From positions 1-59,940 of IMG/VR virus record IMGVR_UViG_3300021962_000114: a DNA stretch of 59,940 bases, one strand, 5' to 3'. This DNA is from a virus (Duplodnaviria > Caudoviricetes). The first letter of the stretch is position 1, and the number at the start of each line of letters is the position of its first letter. Both the position numbers and the translations under genes were made by a program. The notes below the pieces were generated by a model. It was given only the letters and a program-made list of their open reading frames with translations, was not told where the DNA came from and did no database searches. Positions 37,897 through 48,946 of this stretch are shown piece by piece.

Positions 37897-39012
37897 TCAG
37901 AAATCGATACGTACCTTGATCAATAGTTCGCTGTCAAAGCTCTTTTGAACTGGACGACTTACTTTACCGATAGCCAATAGCTCGTTGTCGGAATTGTACA
38001 AACCAACACTGGTAATATAAGTGCGTGGATTGTTGATCAAATCTTGATAGATGATCGTTCCTTTGGTCAATCCATCTGTACCGTTTGATACAAACGTAGG
38101 ATTATTGGTGTAGTTGAATTCCTTGTTCTTTACACGCACAAAGTAGTTGGTGCTAGGAACAAATTCGCTCTTTCTGACCGCCATTGGCTTGGTGCTGCGT
38201 TGCAAACGATAATAGAAATCATGTGCCCAAACACGCCAATAGTTTTGAAATGCTGGTGCATATGGACTTTCGCAGTTTGAGGTACCAGCACGATCCAACA
38301 AATAATTGCCAGACGTAATACCAACACGCTTTTCTAGGTTAATTGCGTTAAACACGACTACGCCGTTTGAAGGATAAAACAAACCAATACCTTCATATAC
38401 TGGACTACCGTTTTTGTAGTATGGTGTAGGAACACCAGCAATCACAGATCCAGAAATAATGTTGTAAACGTTTTGTTGCTTGTTTACGATAGACGAATCA
38501 TCAATATAGCTGTATTGGCCGTTGGTGCCCATGAAGTTGATCTGAATTTGACCTGGGTCAATTTGATCCTTCATTTTATCAGCCGAAAAATTCATCACAA
38601 AAATAGCTTCGCTGTCTTGTGGTGTAGACACGCTACCAGATGCAAACGAAAACAAGTTGTCGCCGGGTTGCAACAAAATGTTTTTGTATTGCGAGTACAT
38701 CACCTTGGTTTCGTTGGTCAATACTTGGCTACCAGGGTTGATAGATGTACAGTCATAGTATGAGCTACCACTGTTTGCATAGTCACCATATGCAATTGCA
38801 AAGTATTCTTCGCCGCCTGCATAGATGTTGGTGTAATATTGACCATTGCGAACATCCCAGTTGCTTGAACCAATCATGGTGTTTGCTTGTGCAGATGATG
38901 TCACAAAGAATGATTGACTCAAATACAAACTACCAGTGCCGAACAAACCAGAAGATACTTGGTTTATTCTACCCACTACGATGTCGTCTGCTGTGAATTT
39001 ACTAAAAATCAT
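37897..39012 (-). CDS. Conserved tail/baseplate structural protein
   Basis: FAIAYG, YSQYKNILL, YFVRVKNKEFNYTNNPTF, TYITSVGLYN...LLAIGKVSRP. Confidence 0.7.
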   Translation of the reverse strand: MIFSKFTADDIVVGRINQVSSGLFGTGSLYLSQSFFVTSSAQANTMIGSSNWDVRNGQYYTNIYAGGEEYFAIAYGDYANSGSSYYDCTSINPGSQVLTNETKVMYSQYKNILLQPGDNLFSFASGSVSTPQDSEAIFVMNFSADKMKDQIDPGQIQINFMGTNGQYSYIDDSSIVNKQQNVYNIISGSVIAGVPTPYYKNGSPVYEGIGLFYPSNGVVVFNAINLEKRVGITSGNYLLDRAGTSNCESPYAPAFQNYWRVWAHDFYYRLQRSTKPMAVRKSEFVPSTNYFVRVKNKEFNYTNNPTFVSNGTDGLTKGTIIYQDLINNPRTYITSVGLYNSDNELLAIGKVSRPVQKSFDSELLIKVRIDF

Positions 39013-39021
39013 AGATTATCT

Positions 39022-39663
39022 TTAGGTTGTTGTAGGAACTTTTACCGTCACTGTGATTGACGTATTACCACCGCTTTCATTTCCAATAATGGTAATGTTT
39101 GTGGTGGTGGTTTTTGCCAACGAAGCATTTGGAACAAATCTAAACTTGTTACCAACCACAACTTGCGATGTCTGTGAAGTCAAATCTCCAGCAAACGTCG
39201 GAACGGTTGCGGTAGTCGAATTCAAGCTATTTGTTTCGGTCACAATCAAAGTACCAACGCTCTTGTTTGAAAGAATTGCTGTGTATCCCAATGTGACATT
39301 GTAGGTTGGGTTGGTGCTTGGACTGATAGAAATGTCTCCAGTATAATCTCGGTCAATAGTAATGACGCTTTGAGCAACGCTGATGGTAGGTACCATAGTA
39401 ACACCTTCATTGAGTGTCACCAACTTATACTTCATTAGCTGACTTTCGTCGGTGATAGGTTCCATGACTGGCGTGTTTCTTAGAGCAATGTCATAGTACG
39501 CACTACCAAGAGGGTGTGTTGGATTGAACTGTGTATAGTCAATTTCATCGTCCGCCAATGCAAACGCTGTGATATTCAATCCTCCCGTTTTTGCAAGAAT
39601 CTGACGACCTTTCTGCGTCAAAACAGCGTTGATTGTGATTACATTGTTGTCTAAGTATGCCAT
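39022..39663 (-). CDS. Conserved virion structural protein
   Basis: MAYLDN...AVLTQKGR..LA...FALADDEIDY...KYKLVTL; start at 39663, 5 nt after TAATTATT. Confidence 0.7.
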   Translation of the reverse strand: MAYLDNNVITINAVLTQKGRQILAKTGGLNITAFALADDEIDYTQFNPTHPLGSAYYDIALRNTPVMEPITDESQLMKYKLVTLNEGVTMVPTISVAQSVITIDRDYTGDISISPSTNPTYNVTLGYTAILSNKSVGTLIVTETNSLNSTTATVPTFAGDLTSQTSQVVVGNKFRFVPNASLAKTTTTNITIIGNESGGNTSITVTVKVPTTT

Positions 39664-39709
39664 ATACAAATAATTATCAAACTAATTTGGTTTTCAATCA
39701 AAGAATATG

Positions 39710-42700
39710 TTATAAATTCATGATATACATATTCAGGCTGGCACTGTTGTCCATCGAAGCAGTAAGCGGAACTGCTTGGAACAAACTATCTGGACTATTC
39801 GCACTTCCAGTAATAGTGCCGTAAACTGGGAAGTTGCTGCTGGAAACAGTCAAACTCAAAAAGCCTGGAATCGTAATCACTGGAGATGATCCGTTTGTCA
39901 AACCTTGACGATTGATGGTTGTGGTACTGTCGTTTTTACCCTTGACGTATGGGTAATATGTTAGCTTTGCTGGGCTGAAAGTTTTGACGCCATTATTAAT
40001 GCTAAAATTAGATCCACTGACAGCAGTATAGCTATATCTAGAGCCAGCCAAACTCAACTTGCTCAAATGACGTTGCGAGTATCCGCTGTTTTGTACACCG
40101 TAGTATCTGTTAGTAAAACCAGCAGATCCCGTTACTGATCCAGATCCAATTGATTCAACTCTATAAAAACTAGATGTAAATCCAACAACACGACCGTTAT
40201 TGTTGACAAGTTGATAGTATTCATTTGCAGGCACATTGTAAGTGTTGCGAATGTTGAATCCGTTGCTGTTTACAAACACGTTTTTACCATAACGAGCAAA
40301 CATGAAATCACGATCATCAACTTTGTCTGGAATTTCAAACCTTGAGAAATTGTAGGTGTTGTGATCAGTATCCATGTCGGTTGCTGATACCACATACAAC
40401 GGCATCAAGTTGCCGGTTGTGTATGACGACGACAAATGTGCAGCATTGTCAAATCCAAAGCTTGCTGTGTACATGCCGTTGACATCATATTTGATGTCTT
40501 TGTAATTAAACTTCTTACGTTCCAAAACAGAAGGTTCAATCAACAATCCACGCTTTAGTGATGCTCTGTTTGGAACCACCTTGGAAATATAATCAAACAC
40601 GCTAAAGTCGATATAGAACTTGTAGGTCGTGTAGTATTCTTGGTTATAAATATACTTTTGATTGGTTGACGCAAATGCTGCCAAACGAGCTTGAAGCTCT
40701 GGATAATTTTGGCTGGTCAAATACTTTGGATCGCCAATGACATCAGTGATACCTTCTTTACCGATGAAGTTTTCAATACTATTCTCCAAGTAAGTAAATG
40801 GACTGATGTAATATCCTACAACGTTGCTATCACTACCAACAATATCATTGGTCTTTGTGGAATAGTCATAAGGCACCAAATTAGAAGTTGCATACTCATC
40901 AATCTTGTTGATCTTGACGTTGTTCTTGTAGTTTGGACCAAAGTTATCAGCATTAATTGCTTGCTTGATGGTCAATTTCTCAAACTGATATGGGAAGTTT
41001 GATACAACGGTTGGCGTACAAGCTGGATATCCTTGAGTTACATATTCTCCAGTGAAGTTATATGCCTTGAATGCGTTTGTATGTGGACTATCAGAAACTT
41101 GATAATACACGTTTTGATTTGGTACCCATACAAAATCGACAGATGACGTATGTGACCAAAGATCTACTGGAGTATCAAAGCTCCAAAGATACAAAAGGTT
41201 TTCATAGATGATAGCCTTTTCTGGAACAGAAATACTGTCGATGTTGTAGCTATGCTCATCAAAATCAGCCATGGCCAATGGATCAATAAACACCTTGATT
41301 TTATCGATGTTACCAACCAATGGTGTATTGGTGTTGTAGTTTCCGATATAATAGCTACCAGATGAGAAATACTGGTTCATACCAAACTGCAAAGTTTTTG
41401 TAACTATGCTTTGGAAATTTCTCAACGAACCTTCGTATTGATTGATAGCAAGAGTATATGTTTTTGGTACATACTTTTCCGCATTCGATGCAGTGAACGA
41501 CGCAGTGACATAGTAAATTGTGTCTGCGTCATCTATTCGATAGTCAACTGGACCATAGTTAACAGTATCGGGTATGTTATCATACTCAAACCCTGTTGCT
41601 ATATCTCGACTGATCATGAAGCTGTAGATACTTCCATTAAAATAAGGAAGTTGATCCGACACAAAACTTGCAGTGGTACCTGTTTCAAATGGATGAAAGT
41701 TGAAAATCAACTCACCAGACTCGGTTTGTCTTGATTTTTTGATAAACACTTCCCAGTCAATATGCTTGTTACGAATCTTTTTGACCAAAGGAACCTTGTC
41801 GTTTTCAAAGTAGTTTGCACTGGTCAATCTAAATGCTGCTTCAAATGTATTGAATCCACTGAATTGTTCTGAAAGAATACACGATGATGTAAGTTGTTGA
41901 CCAATCGAAGAAGTATTGGCAATTGTATATGGAGCCAATGCTACATATTTGTATTCACTGCCCGTGTGATTAAATGTAATGTACTTGTTGCTATCGTATT
42001 GAGTCAAATAAACGATGTCTTCAAAGTCAAAATAGTTTTGACGATTGACGTTAACGTCTGTGCTACCATATTCACGAATTTGGATTAGTCCAGATGGAAT
42101 ACCAAACAAAGAAGTTATCAACTCCAATGAGTTTGCAGTACCCTTGGTTTTGTAAATGTATGGTAGGTTGTTGGCGAACCGATTCAAAATGCGTTTGCCA
42201 TAGTCGAAATAGGAACTCGACAACGAACCAGTAGCTTCGGTGCTATCAAACAAATATTGTGATACATCACTGTTTTGTAGTTTGAAGTTGCTGGTGTCCC
42301 AACTAAACGAATTCAGCAATTCATCCAGAAAGTTTTTTGGATAATCTGTGGCTTCAGAGAATCCAAGAGGATATGTTTTTGGAAACTTCTTGATATACAC
42401 CATGATGTTATCAAAGAAATGACCCACCATTGCAGTAAATTTCAGATAATCAGCATAGTCTTGATTGTCTTGAATATACTCTGGTAGTTGATTGATCAAA
42501 GCGTCTGGATTGTTGAGATCATAGTCAACACCGTCTTGAATTTTCTCGTTGATGCTTGATGTATTAAAGAACAAATACGACTCGTATTCATCAAACGAGT
42601 TCAACAATGCAATTTGCTCTTGTACCAACTTAGCTTTTTCGCCAGCATAAGATGCGCTGATTACTCTGTTAGAGTTTTGTGCTCGCAATTGAATTGCGGT

Positions 42701-44197
42701 CTTTTGAGTTTCTTTTGTGTTATACTCTGAGATCTTGCTTTTTGCAATCTTGGTACGCAACTCGGCAGAGCTATAAATGACGAAGTTATCGAAGTTGTTG
42801 TAGTCAATCAACAAATCATTGTACTTGGTTTTTACATTGGCTTTTGCTGCGGTAAGTGTATCAATTGAATGCTCGCCGTATTTATCGTTGGTTGGATATG
42901 CTGTGTTGACGGCAACATCAAAGTTGACACCATTCAAATAAACCTTGCGAGTTACCTTGTCTACAAACAGATTTGTTTTGAAATAGACTGGTGCGATTGA
43001 AATGTTGCTGATCCAACAAGTTGTACGAATGTCATACTCCAGTGGCAAAGGTGCATCCAGCTTTATCTGAACATTAACTCTACCGTCTGCTGGGTTTAGA
43101 TAGTTGGTATGATCCAATATCTTTACCAGATTTCCACCGCCGAAATTCAAAGCGTTCTTATACAGACCAAAAAATCTGTTTGCATACTCAGCAAGCAACT
43201 CCGACATTTTTGGTTCAAGCCAATCATTGTAGATGAGTTGCACAAACAAATCCAGTGTGGTTTGCAACTGTGCTGGATTGATGCTTGTTTTTTGCAAGAT
43301 GCGATCTTGCGATACTTTTGTGACAATAGTTTTGAATGCCAGCAAGATTTCATCTTTGCTAAACTCAGTGCTGTTGTAAGTATAGGTAAAGTTCTTTAGT
43401 TGATCGTCAATACCAATAAACTTGGTGCTTTGCTGTACAACTTGGTCGTCTGCGTTTGACAGATTTTGAATCTTATCAAACCCAACATACGTATCAATGA
43501 TGAATTGTTGAAGCTGTGCTGTAGACTTGAGACCAAGGTTTTGCGCAATCTCAAAGTAGTTGTAGTTTGCAGTATTTGCTACAAACGTTTGAGAAATAGG
43601 ATTGTTGTCAATCACTTGATTAACCAACGACGAGATCTGCAAGAACAAATACTTCTTGTCTGCAAATGCACTGGTCTTTGTAGCGTCCAATCCAGCTTTT
43701 ACCGACAGTGTTGGATTAAACGCAAACGACAAACGAATTTCTGTACGGCTTGGACTGATTTCTTTGATGACCAATTTGTTTTGATCATTTCCAGCCACGT
43801 TTCGTACAAAGTTGTACAACACATAATACAAACCAGGCGAAACCTGTGTCTTGCTTAGAATGTCTTGAGTGTTGAGCAACAGTTCGTTATTGAACTTTGT
43901 GAAGTTGGTGAACGGTTTGGCAAAAACATAGTATGATAGCTTGTTGTTGATATCATAATAGCTACCTTGAATGATCGAATATGAAATTGTAGGAACTACT
44001 CTGTTGAAAGCAATGGCTTCTTGAGAGCTATTGTACAATGTAAACTCAACCAAGTCGTTGTCGGAGCTACCAAAATAATGCTCGGCATCAACGAACTTTT
44101 GTTCGTAAAGCTCTTGAAGGTTGGGAGCAAAATACGAACCACTAGCTATGCCAGTATTCAGTGTTGATTCGTTAAATGATAGGTAACTATATGGCAT
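39710..44197 (-). CDS. Large baseplate/tail structural protein
   Basis: 1495 aa; IKEISPSRTEIRL, MVGHFFDNI, NLPYIYKTKGT...IREYG, GLLIEPSVLER; in the baseplate operon. Confidence 0.7.
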   Translation of the reverse strand: MPYSYLSFNESTLNTGIASGSYFAPNLQELYEQKFVDAEHYFGSSDNDLVEFTLYNSSQEAIAFNRVVPTISYSIIQGSYYDINNKLSYYVFAKPFTNFTKFNNELLLNTQDILSKTQVSPGLYYVLYNFVRNVAGNDQNKLVIKEISPSRTEIRLSFAFNPTLSVKAGLDATKTSAFADKKYLFLQISSLVNQVIDNNPISQTFVANTANYNYFEIAQNLGLKSTAQLQQFIIDTYVGFDKIQNLSNADDQVVQQSTKFIGIDDQLKNFTYTYNSTEFSKDEILLAFKTIVTKVSQDRILQKTSINPAQLQTTLDLFVQLIYNDWLEPKMSELLAEYANRFFGLYKNALNFGGGNLVKILDHTNYLNPADGRVNVQIKLDAPLPLEYDIRTTCWISNISIAPVYFKTNLFVDKVTRKVYLNGVNFDVAVNTAYPTNDKYGEHSIDTLTAAKANVKTKYNDLLIDYNNFDNFVIYSSAELRTKIAKSKISEYNTKETQKTAIQLRAQNSNRVISASYAGEKAKLVQEQIALLNSFDEYESYLFFNTSSINEKIQDGVDYDLNNPDALINQLPEYIQDNQDYADYLKFTAMVGHFFDNIMVYIKKFPKTYPLGFSEATDYPKNFLDELLNSFSWDTSNFKLQNSDVSQYLFDSTEATGSLSSSYFDYGKRILNRFANNLPYIYKTKGTANSLELITSLFGIPSGLIQIREYGSTDVNVNRQNYFDFEDIVYLTQYDSNKYITFNHTGSEYKYVALAPYTIANTSSIGQQLTSSCILSEQFSGFNTFEAAFRLTSANYFENDKVPLVKKIRNKHIDWEVFIKKSRQTESGELIFNFHPFETGTTASFVSDQLPYFNGSIYSFMISRDIATGFEYDNIPDTVNYGPVDYRIDDADTIYYVTASFTASNAEKYVPKTYTLAINQYEGSLRNFQSIVTKTLQFGMNQYFSSGSYYIGNYNTNTPLVGNIDKIKVFIDPLAMADFDEHSYNIDSISVPEKAIIYENLLYLWSFDTPVDLWSHTSSVDFVWVPNQNVYYQVSDSPHTNAFKAYNFTGEYVTQGYPACTPTVVSNFPYQFEKLTIKQAINADNFGPNYKNNVKINKIDEYATSNLVPYDYSTKTNDIVGSDSNVVGYYISPFTYLENSIENFIGKEGITDVIGDPKYLTSQNYPELQARLAAFASTNQKYIYNQEYYTTYKFYIDFSVFDYISKVVPNRASLKRGLLIEPSVLERKKFNYKDIKYDVNGMYTASFGFDNAAHLSSSYTTGNLMPLYVVSATDMDTDHNTYNFSRFEIPDKVDDRDFMFARYGKNVFVNSNGFNIRNTYNVPANEYYQLVNNNGRVVGFTSSFYRVESIGSGSVTGSAGFTNRYYGVQNSGYSQRHLSKLSLAGSRYSYTAVSGSNFSINNGVKTFSPAKLTYYPYVKGKNDSTTTINRQGLTNGSSPVITIPGFLSLTVSSSNFPVYGTITGSANSPDSLFQAVPLTASMDNSASLNMYIMNL

Positions 44198-44201
44198 ATG
44201 A

Positions 44202-44675
44202 TTACGTTAATGGTAGAAATGGAAACGCATCGCTGAAGTCGGAAGGCACATTGCCTTGACCCAATTTGATACGCAGATTGATCATTTCATTCTTCATAGC
44301 AGCAATAACTTGTTTATCGTCACTATTCTCATATTTGTCAACAAGAGCATTTACCGTTTCATTCAAGATTCTATTTTCTGCCAACTGCTCGTTATACTTT
44401 TGCAGCAGCACAGCAACATCTTGTGCTTGTTGTTGCTCAGTTGCTTGCAACTCGTTGAATTGAACAGAGTTTGTGTCAACAATCTTGTCCGTATTATATT
44501 CTAGAGTTTTTAGCAAAATGTTGCTGTAATAGTATTTGCCGTCTGCTGGATTTTGACGATTGAAAACCAGTTGAAGATTGCCGAACGAATCAAAATTGTT
44601 CGCAAAAACGCCTGTGTCTCTAAACGTTTGTAAGTCTTTAAGACCAACCGTATATTCAACTACTATGTCTGCCAT
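44202..44675 (-). CDS. Hypothetical coiled-coil protein
   Basis: 157 aa in the baseplate operon with tight gene spacing. Confidence 0.7.
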   Translation of the reverse strand: MADIVVEYTVGLKDLQTFRDTGVFANNFDSFGNLQLVFNRQNPADGKYYYSNILLKTLEYNTDKIVDTNSVQFNELQATEQQQAQDVAVLLQKYNEQLAENRILNETVNALVDKYENSDDKQVIAAMKNEMINLRIKLGQGNVPSDFSDAFPFLPLT

Positions 44676-44680
44676 ATCAA

Positions 44681-46546
44681 TTATCTTACAATTTTGAATA
44701 CCTTGGCGGTGTCCACAATGTCCACCGTGCCATCTGGGTACTCTGCCTTTATAAATATCTTGAAATATCGTTCTTGAGGCAATCCAGTGGTATCAAACTT
44801 AAAATAATTTCCTTGATTTGGGTCGCAGCTTAGTTTTGAATATTGATCAAAATCAACCAACACCTCCTCAGATTCGGCATCTTTGATCATAAAATATGAC
44901 GAAGTTGGAAGGTATTTAGGTGTCACCATAACAGGTTGCTGATATGCTTTTTGAAAGTTCTTCAGCGGATATTGATCTCTTGCAAACACAAATACTTTAG
45001 GCAAACTGCCTGCTTTATATGTGTCTTTGAGTTGTTGCAGAGTGATCAAATTCTGAATAGAGCCTGTGACGGGTGCCAAACTACCAGTGTTGAAAACACT
45101 ATCGTCCCAAGCAACATCAATGTATGGACTGTAAATGGTGTTGGTTTCTTTGCTGAAGAATTGCAGCAATCCGTTGGTTTGTTCAACTGGAGGAACTGTT
45201 ATTTCCAACGAAGTTGCCAAAATTATACCATTATTTGGTACACAACCGCACAACCAAGAACGCACAATTTGAGTAACATCCATTGTGATGTCACCTTGTT
45301 GACCTAGATTGAAAGACTGACTGCAAATCAGACTTGATCCACTCAACGGTGAGTAGAATGATGAGCTACAGATCCAATGTGGCTTGTTGGTGTATGTGCT
45401 AGGAACGTTGTAATACCATGTACCACCACCGTTTTTGAAACTTGCTGATGCATACGATGCTGTGCGCAGATAGTCTACTTGTTGGTAGCTATTGGTAATT
45501 GGATAAGACCATGGATTTTTACCATCCCAACTTCTATAATCCCAGCTTGCACCCATCTTTGAGCCACCGTCTGCCCAGCGACCATCACCGTTGTCCCAGC
45601 TTTGGCTAATAGGATATGCATAGATGGTGTAATTTAGTGGCAAATTGCGTTGGCCACATGCTGTCAAGTTCAAAGTAAACTTGATGTTTGAGCTTGATAC
45701 ATGACTTCTTGCGATTGATTCGCTGATATTTGCCAAATCAAACTGCAACATGGTTCTTGAGAAGTCTGGACGAAGAATATAGTAAGCTGATTGTGGAGGA
45801 TTGATTGATCCACTATATTCGCCTTGAAACAACCCCGTGAAATTTGTAACGTCCAAATAATAGAACGTGGTAGATTCCACCGTGCTCACAGACCCACCAA
45901 ACGGCGATGAATAAACGCTGCCAGTGAAAGTGCCGTCTGTAACACATAGAGGGCCTGTGCCAGTACAAGATTTGCCAGACACAACTCCGTTGAACTGTCT
46001 GAAACTTCCACTACCTTGCAATGATTGAGTCAGCGGAGATGTTGTATATGTTTTACCATTTACTTTGAGTGCGGTAAAAGTTGATCCCACAGACAAAGAT
46101 CCATTGAAACTGCCAGTGGTGATCAAACCATCTACTTGAGCATTTGATGTGATGTTGTAGCTGCCACTGAATGATCCAGATGCGATATCAGCAGATCCAG
46201 ATACGGTCATGGCAACCAGCGGAGCAACGTTTTGGTTTGAAAACCTACCACTAAATCTACCGATAGAACTTTCTGCACCAATTACAGACGAAGCCACTGG
46301 ATACTCACGCCAAAAACTTCCAGAATAAGTGTAAAAAAAGTTGTTGTCATATGCCAACCAGCCTTGATTACCATACGAGTCGCTGTTTTGTGGAGCAGCA
46401 TACCAATTTGGTGTGGTATATACCAAACTGTTGCCGTAGTTCAGCGCATAGATTTCCAAAATTTCATCAATTCCAAAGTTTTTGTTGCGAAGGTCTTTGG
46501 CATTATTGATGTAGGTATCTTTTATTGGGTAAATAAATGTATGCAT
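44681..46546 (-). CDS. Virion structural protein with DNRLRE/CBM96-like domain and a GS-rich insertion
   Basis: KDTYIN..NFGIDEILEI...SRTMLQFDL...SQSWDNG.G...DVTQIV..W...FFSKETNTIYSP pattern. Confidence 0.65.
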   Translation of the reverse strand: MHTFIYPIKDTYINNAKDLRNKNFGIDEILEIYALNYGNSLVYTTPNWYAAPQNSDSYGNQGWLAYDNNFFYTYSGSFWREYPVASSVIGAESSIGRFSGRFSNQNVAPLVAMTVSGSADIASGSFSGSYNITSNAQVDGLITTGSFNGSLSVGSTFTALKVNGKTYTTSPLTQSLQGSGSFRQFNGVVSGKSCTGTGPLCVTDGTFTGSVYSSPFGGSVSTVESTTFYYLDVTNFTGLFQGEYSGSINPPQSAYYILRPDFSRTMLQFDLANISESIARSHVSSSNIKFTLNLTACGQRNLPLNYTIYAYPISQSWDNGDGRWADGGSKMGASWDYRSWDGKNPWSYPITNSYQQVDYLRTASYASASFKNGGGTWYYNVPSTYTNKPHWICSSSFYSPLSGSSLICSQSFNLGQQGDITMDVTQIVRSWLCGCVPNNGIILATSLEITVPPVEQTNGLLQFFSKETNTIYSPYIDVAWDDSVFNTGSLAPVTGSIQNLITLQQLKDTYKAGSLPKVFVFARDQYPLKNFQKAYQQPVMVTPKYLPTSSYFMIKDAESEEVLVDFDQYSKLSCDPNQGNYFKFDTTGLPQERYFKIFIKAEYPDGTVDIVDTAKVFKIVR

Positions 46547-46547
46547 A

Positions 46548-48539
46548 TTATACCACTAGTCCTTTGATATCGGTCGTAGGAAACTTGACTTCAAAAATTG
46601 ATGGATCTTTTGAAGGATATACGATGTTGTTTTGTGTGGCTATATCAATGTTGTAAGCAATTGGAGAATAGTCTCCATCGTCAATAGTCAAGTTCTTGAT
46701 CTTCACATTGATTACAGATTGAACACCCTCATTCTTCATGATTTCAAACATCAGTTGGCTGATATTGATTGGTTGATTGAAACTCCATCCATCAATGTTG
46801 AAAAATTCTTGTACAGACGAAATACATGCGTTCAACACATCACGTTTGTTGAATCCAGCAAACACACTGATTTGAAACTCCACCCCAATGTTGATGATAT
46901 ATCCATCAATCACGTTAAACTTGTCGGTCAAAATCTTGTATTGACTCAAGTAGTTTTTCAAATTAAGCAAAGTAGCTTCGTTGATTGGAGTCAAATGCTT
47001 TTGTGTATTGTAACCCAACAAATATAGATTGTTTGTGAACGGATTGTTGCTTTCCAAGAACTTTCTACGATCAAGTGGGTTGAGTGGGTTCAAATTCAAC
47101 GCTTCGTTCATTGCTGCCGATCCGCTGATAACACCACTAATAAGTCCAGTATATGAAACTTGACGAGTTGCATTTGGTTGAACATATGCTTTTGCCACAC
47201 TACCAAATTGTGGGCTCATAGAATATACTCGCAACAAAATGTCTTCTTCGGTCACAATACGATTTTGTGATGAAAAGTTTGCAATAGCGTTTTGTCGAAT
47301 ATCTTCGTCGGTTTCTGGACCAGCACCACCTGTCGCTGCAAGTGGGTTGTTTACTCTCAAGCTGTTTTGAATATTGTTGAGCAGCGAAATCTGGCTATCG
47401 GTCAAACCACTGGTATCGTTCAAATACGCAACCGAGCTAATCACTGTGATTTCTTCTGAGTTGACGTTGCTTTCCAAACCGCCGCCAACGATATAAGTAA
47501 TTGTGAGCGTTGTATTGGATGGAGAAACACCATAACTGTTGCTTTTCAATACGTTGGTTCCGTCCAAACTGATGTTTAGATTGCCTAGATTTGACATTCC
47601 CACACCCACATTTGTAGGATTAGGTACAATTACGGTGTTGTCGAAGTTTTCGGTGTTTGCGCCAAACTGAATATATGTGTTGTTTGCTTCATCAATATAT
47701 GTGATGAATCGCTTTTCGGTGCGAAGATACTTCAAAAGCTTTGGAGTTTCGCCACGATACTTTGACAGTGTTTGATTTGTCAAAGGAACGTTATCAACAG
47801 CCAATGGTACCGTTTCTTGTGCAAGATATTGAACTTCATAGTAATTGTTGTTGTTGCTGTCAACCACGCTTACTACCTTTACAATGTTTGAACCCTCAAG
47901 CTTGATATTCAAGAAAGGTTGTGCTGCACCAACAGTTACTTGCTTAGATACAAGTTTGCCAGAATAAGCCTTTGCTTTTTTCTTGAGCAAATAGAATTGT
48001 GGAGCACCAGTTTCGTCACGGCTATATACACTGATCTCTCTAGGAGAAAATACGGTGTCTTGGCTGAAATCAACGCTATCGTCAACCAAAAATGGTACAC
48101 CAGACACGCTGCTAAATTGCGAATATGGACGCAGAATCAAACAGTAGTTCTCATCTGGCACGTAATCTGCATCCATTGATCCTACACGCTTTGACGGAAG
48201 AAGCTGAAACAAATCAAGCTCGGTTGCGGCAGCAGATGTTACTTTTGGTTTATATCCCAAATATGCTGCTTGGTTGATGATGTTTCTGCGATCAGTGGCA
48301 AACTGAATAAAGCTTTCTTTGAACTGCTGGTCAGTGTAGTACGACAGCACATCACCAACATATGCAGCTTGCTCAATAAAAATTTGACCTGGCGAACTTT
48401 CACTAAAATCCCTATAGCTTTGGGGATAATATTGCTTAGTGAAGTCGATCAGTTGTTGCTTCAACGACGCAAAATCACGGTTGACGTAGTTCACGTCTTT
48501 CGTGTTTGCTCGGAACGTCTTGTTGATAATCTGTGCCAT
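46548..48539 (-). CDS. Baseplate wedge protein, gp6/J-like
   Basis: RDFASLK...DFSESSPG..FIE..AYVGDVLSYY, GGAGPETDEDIR, QNRIVT. Confidence 0.88.
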   Translation of the reverse strand: MAQIINKTFRANTKDVNYVNRDFASLKQQLIDFTKQYYPQSYRDFSESSPGQIFIEQAAYVGDVLSYYTDQQFKESFIQFATDRRNIINQAAYLGYKPKVTSAAATELDLFQLLPSKRVGSMDADYVPDENYCLILRPYSQFSSVSGVPFLVDDSVDFSQDTVFSPREISVYSRDETGAPQFYLLKKKAKAYSGKLVSKQVTVGAAQPFLNIKLEGSNIVKVVSVVDSNNNNYYEVQYLAQETVPLAVDNVPLTNQTLSKYRGETPKLLKYLRTEKRFITYIDEANNTYIQFGANTENFDNTVIVPNPTNVGVGMSNLGNLNISLDGTNVLKSNSYGVSPSNTTLTITYIVGGGLESNVNSEEITVISSVAYLNDTSGLTDSQISLLNNIQNSLRVNNPLAATGGAGPETDEDIRQNAIANFSSQNRIVTEEDILLRVYSMSPQFGSVAKAYVQPNATRQVSYTGLISGVISGSAAMNEALNLNPLNPLDRRKFLESNNPFTNNLYLLGYNTQKHLTPINEATLLNLKNYLSQYKILTDKFNVIDGYIINIGVEFQISVFAGFNKRDVLNACISSVQEFFNIDGWSFNQPINISQLMFEIMKNEGVQSVINVKIKNLTIDDGDYSPIAYNIDIATQNNIVYPSKDPSIFEVKFPTTDIKGLVV

Positions 48540-48940
48540 TAGATTTTGTCCGTCGTAATTGTTACGTCGGCACTTGCCGTCGTTTTGTTATAAGTGAATG
48601 TCACACTTATAAATATCTTGTTCTTATCAGTATTCTCTGGTTGATTTGTAGCCAATTGCACTTTTACGTCGTTGACAATCACGCCGTTCAACCATCTATC
48701 AATATCACGTTGAACCACATCAACGATGATATCTTTACTGACTTCCAAATCTGCTTGTTGAAACAGCAGATTATACAAACCAGATCCAAAGTCATTGTTG
48801 AATCTGCGTTCACCAGGCATCGTAAGCAACAAATTTTTGATGTTGTCTGCAACTTGTGCAGCAGTAACAACATTTGTTGCAAAATATCCACTTTTACCCA
48901 AAGTAATTGGCAGAGATAGACCTAAAGCCTGGGTTGCCAT
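48539..48940 (-). CDS. Baseplate wedge subunit, gp25/GPW-like
   Basis: NIKNLLLTMPGERRFNNDFGSGL..LLF. Confidence 0.9.
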   Translation of the reverse strand: MATQALGLSLPITLGKSGYFATNVVTAAQVADNIKNLLLTMPGERRFNNDFGSGLYNLLFQQADLEVSKDIIVDVVQRDIDRWLNGVIVNDVKVQLATNQPENTDKNKIFISVTFTYNKTTASADVTITTDKI

Positions 48941-48946
48941 AATTTG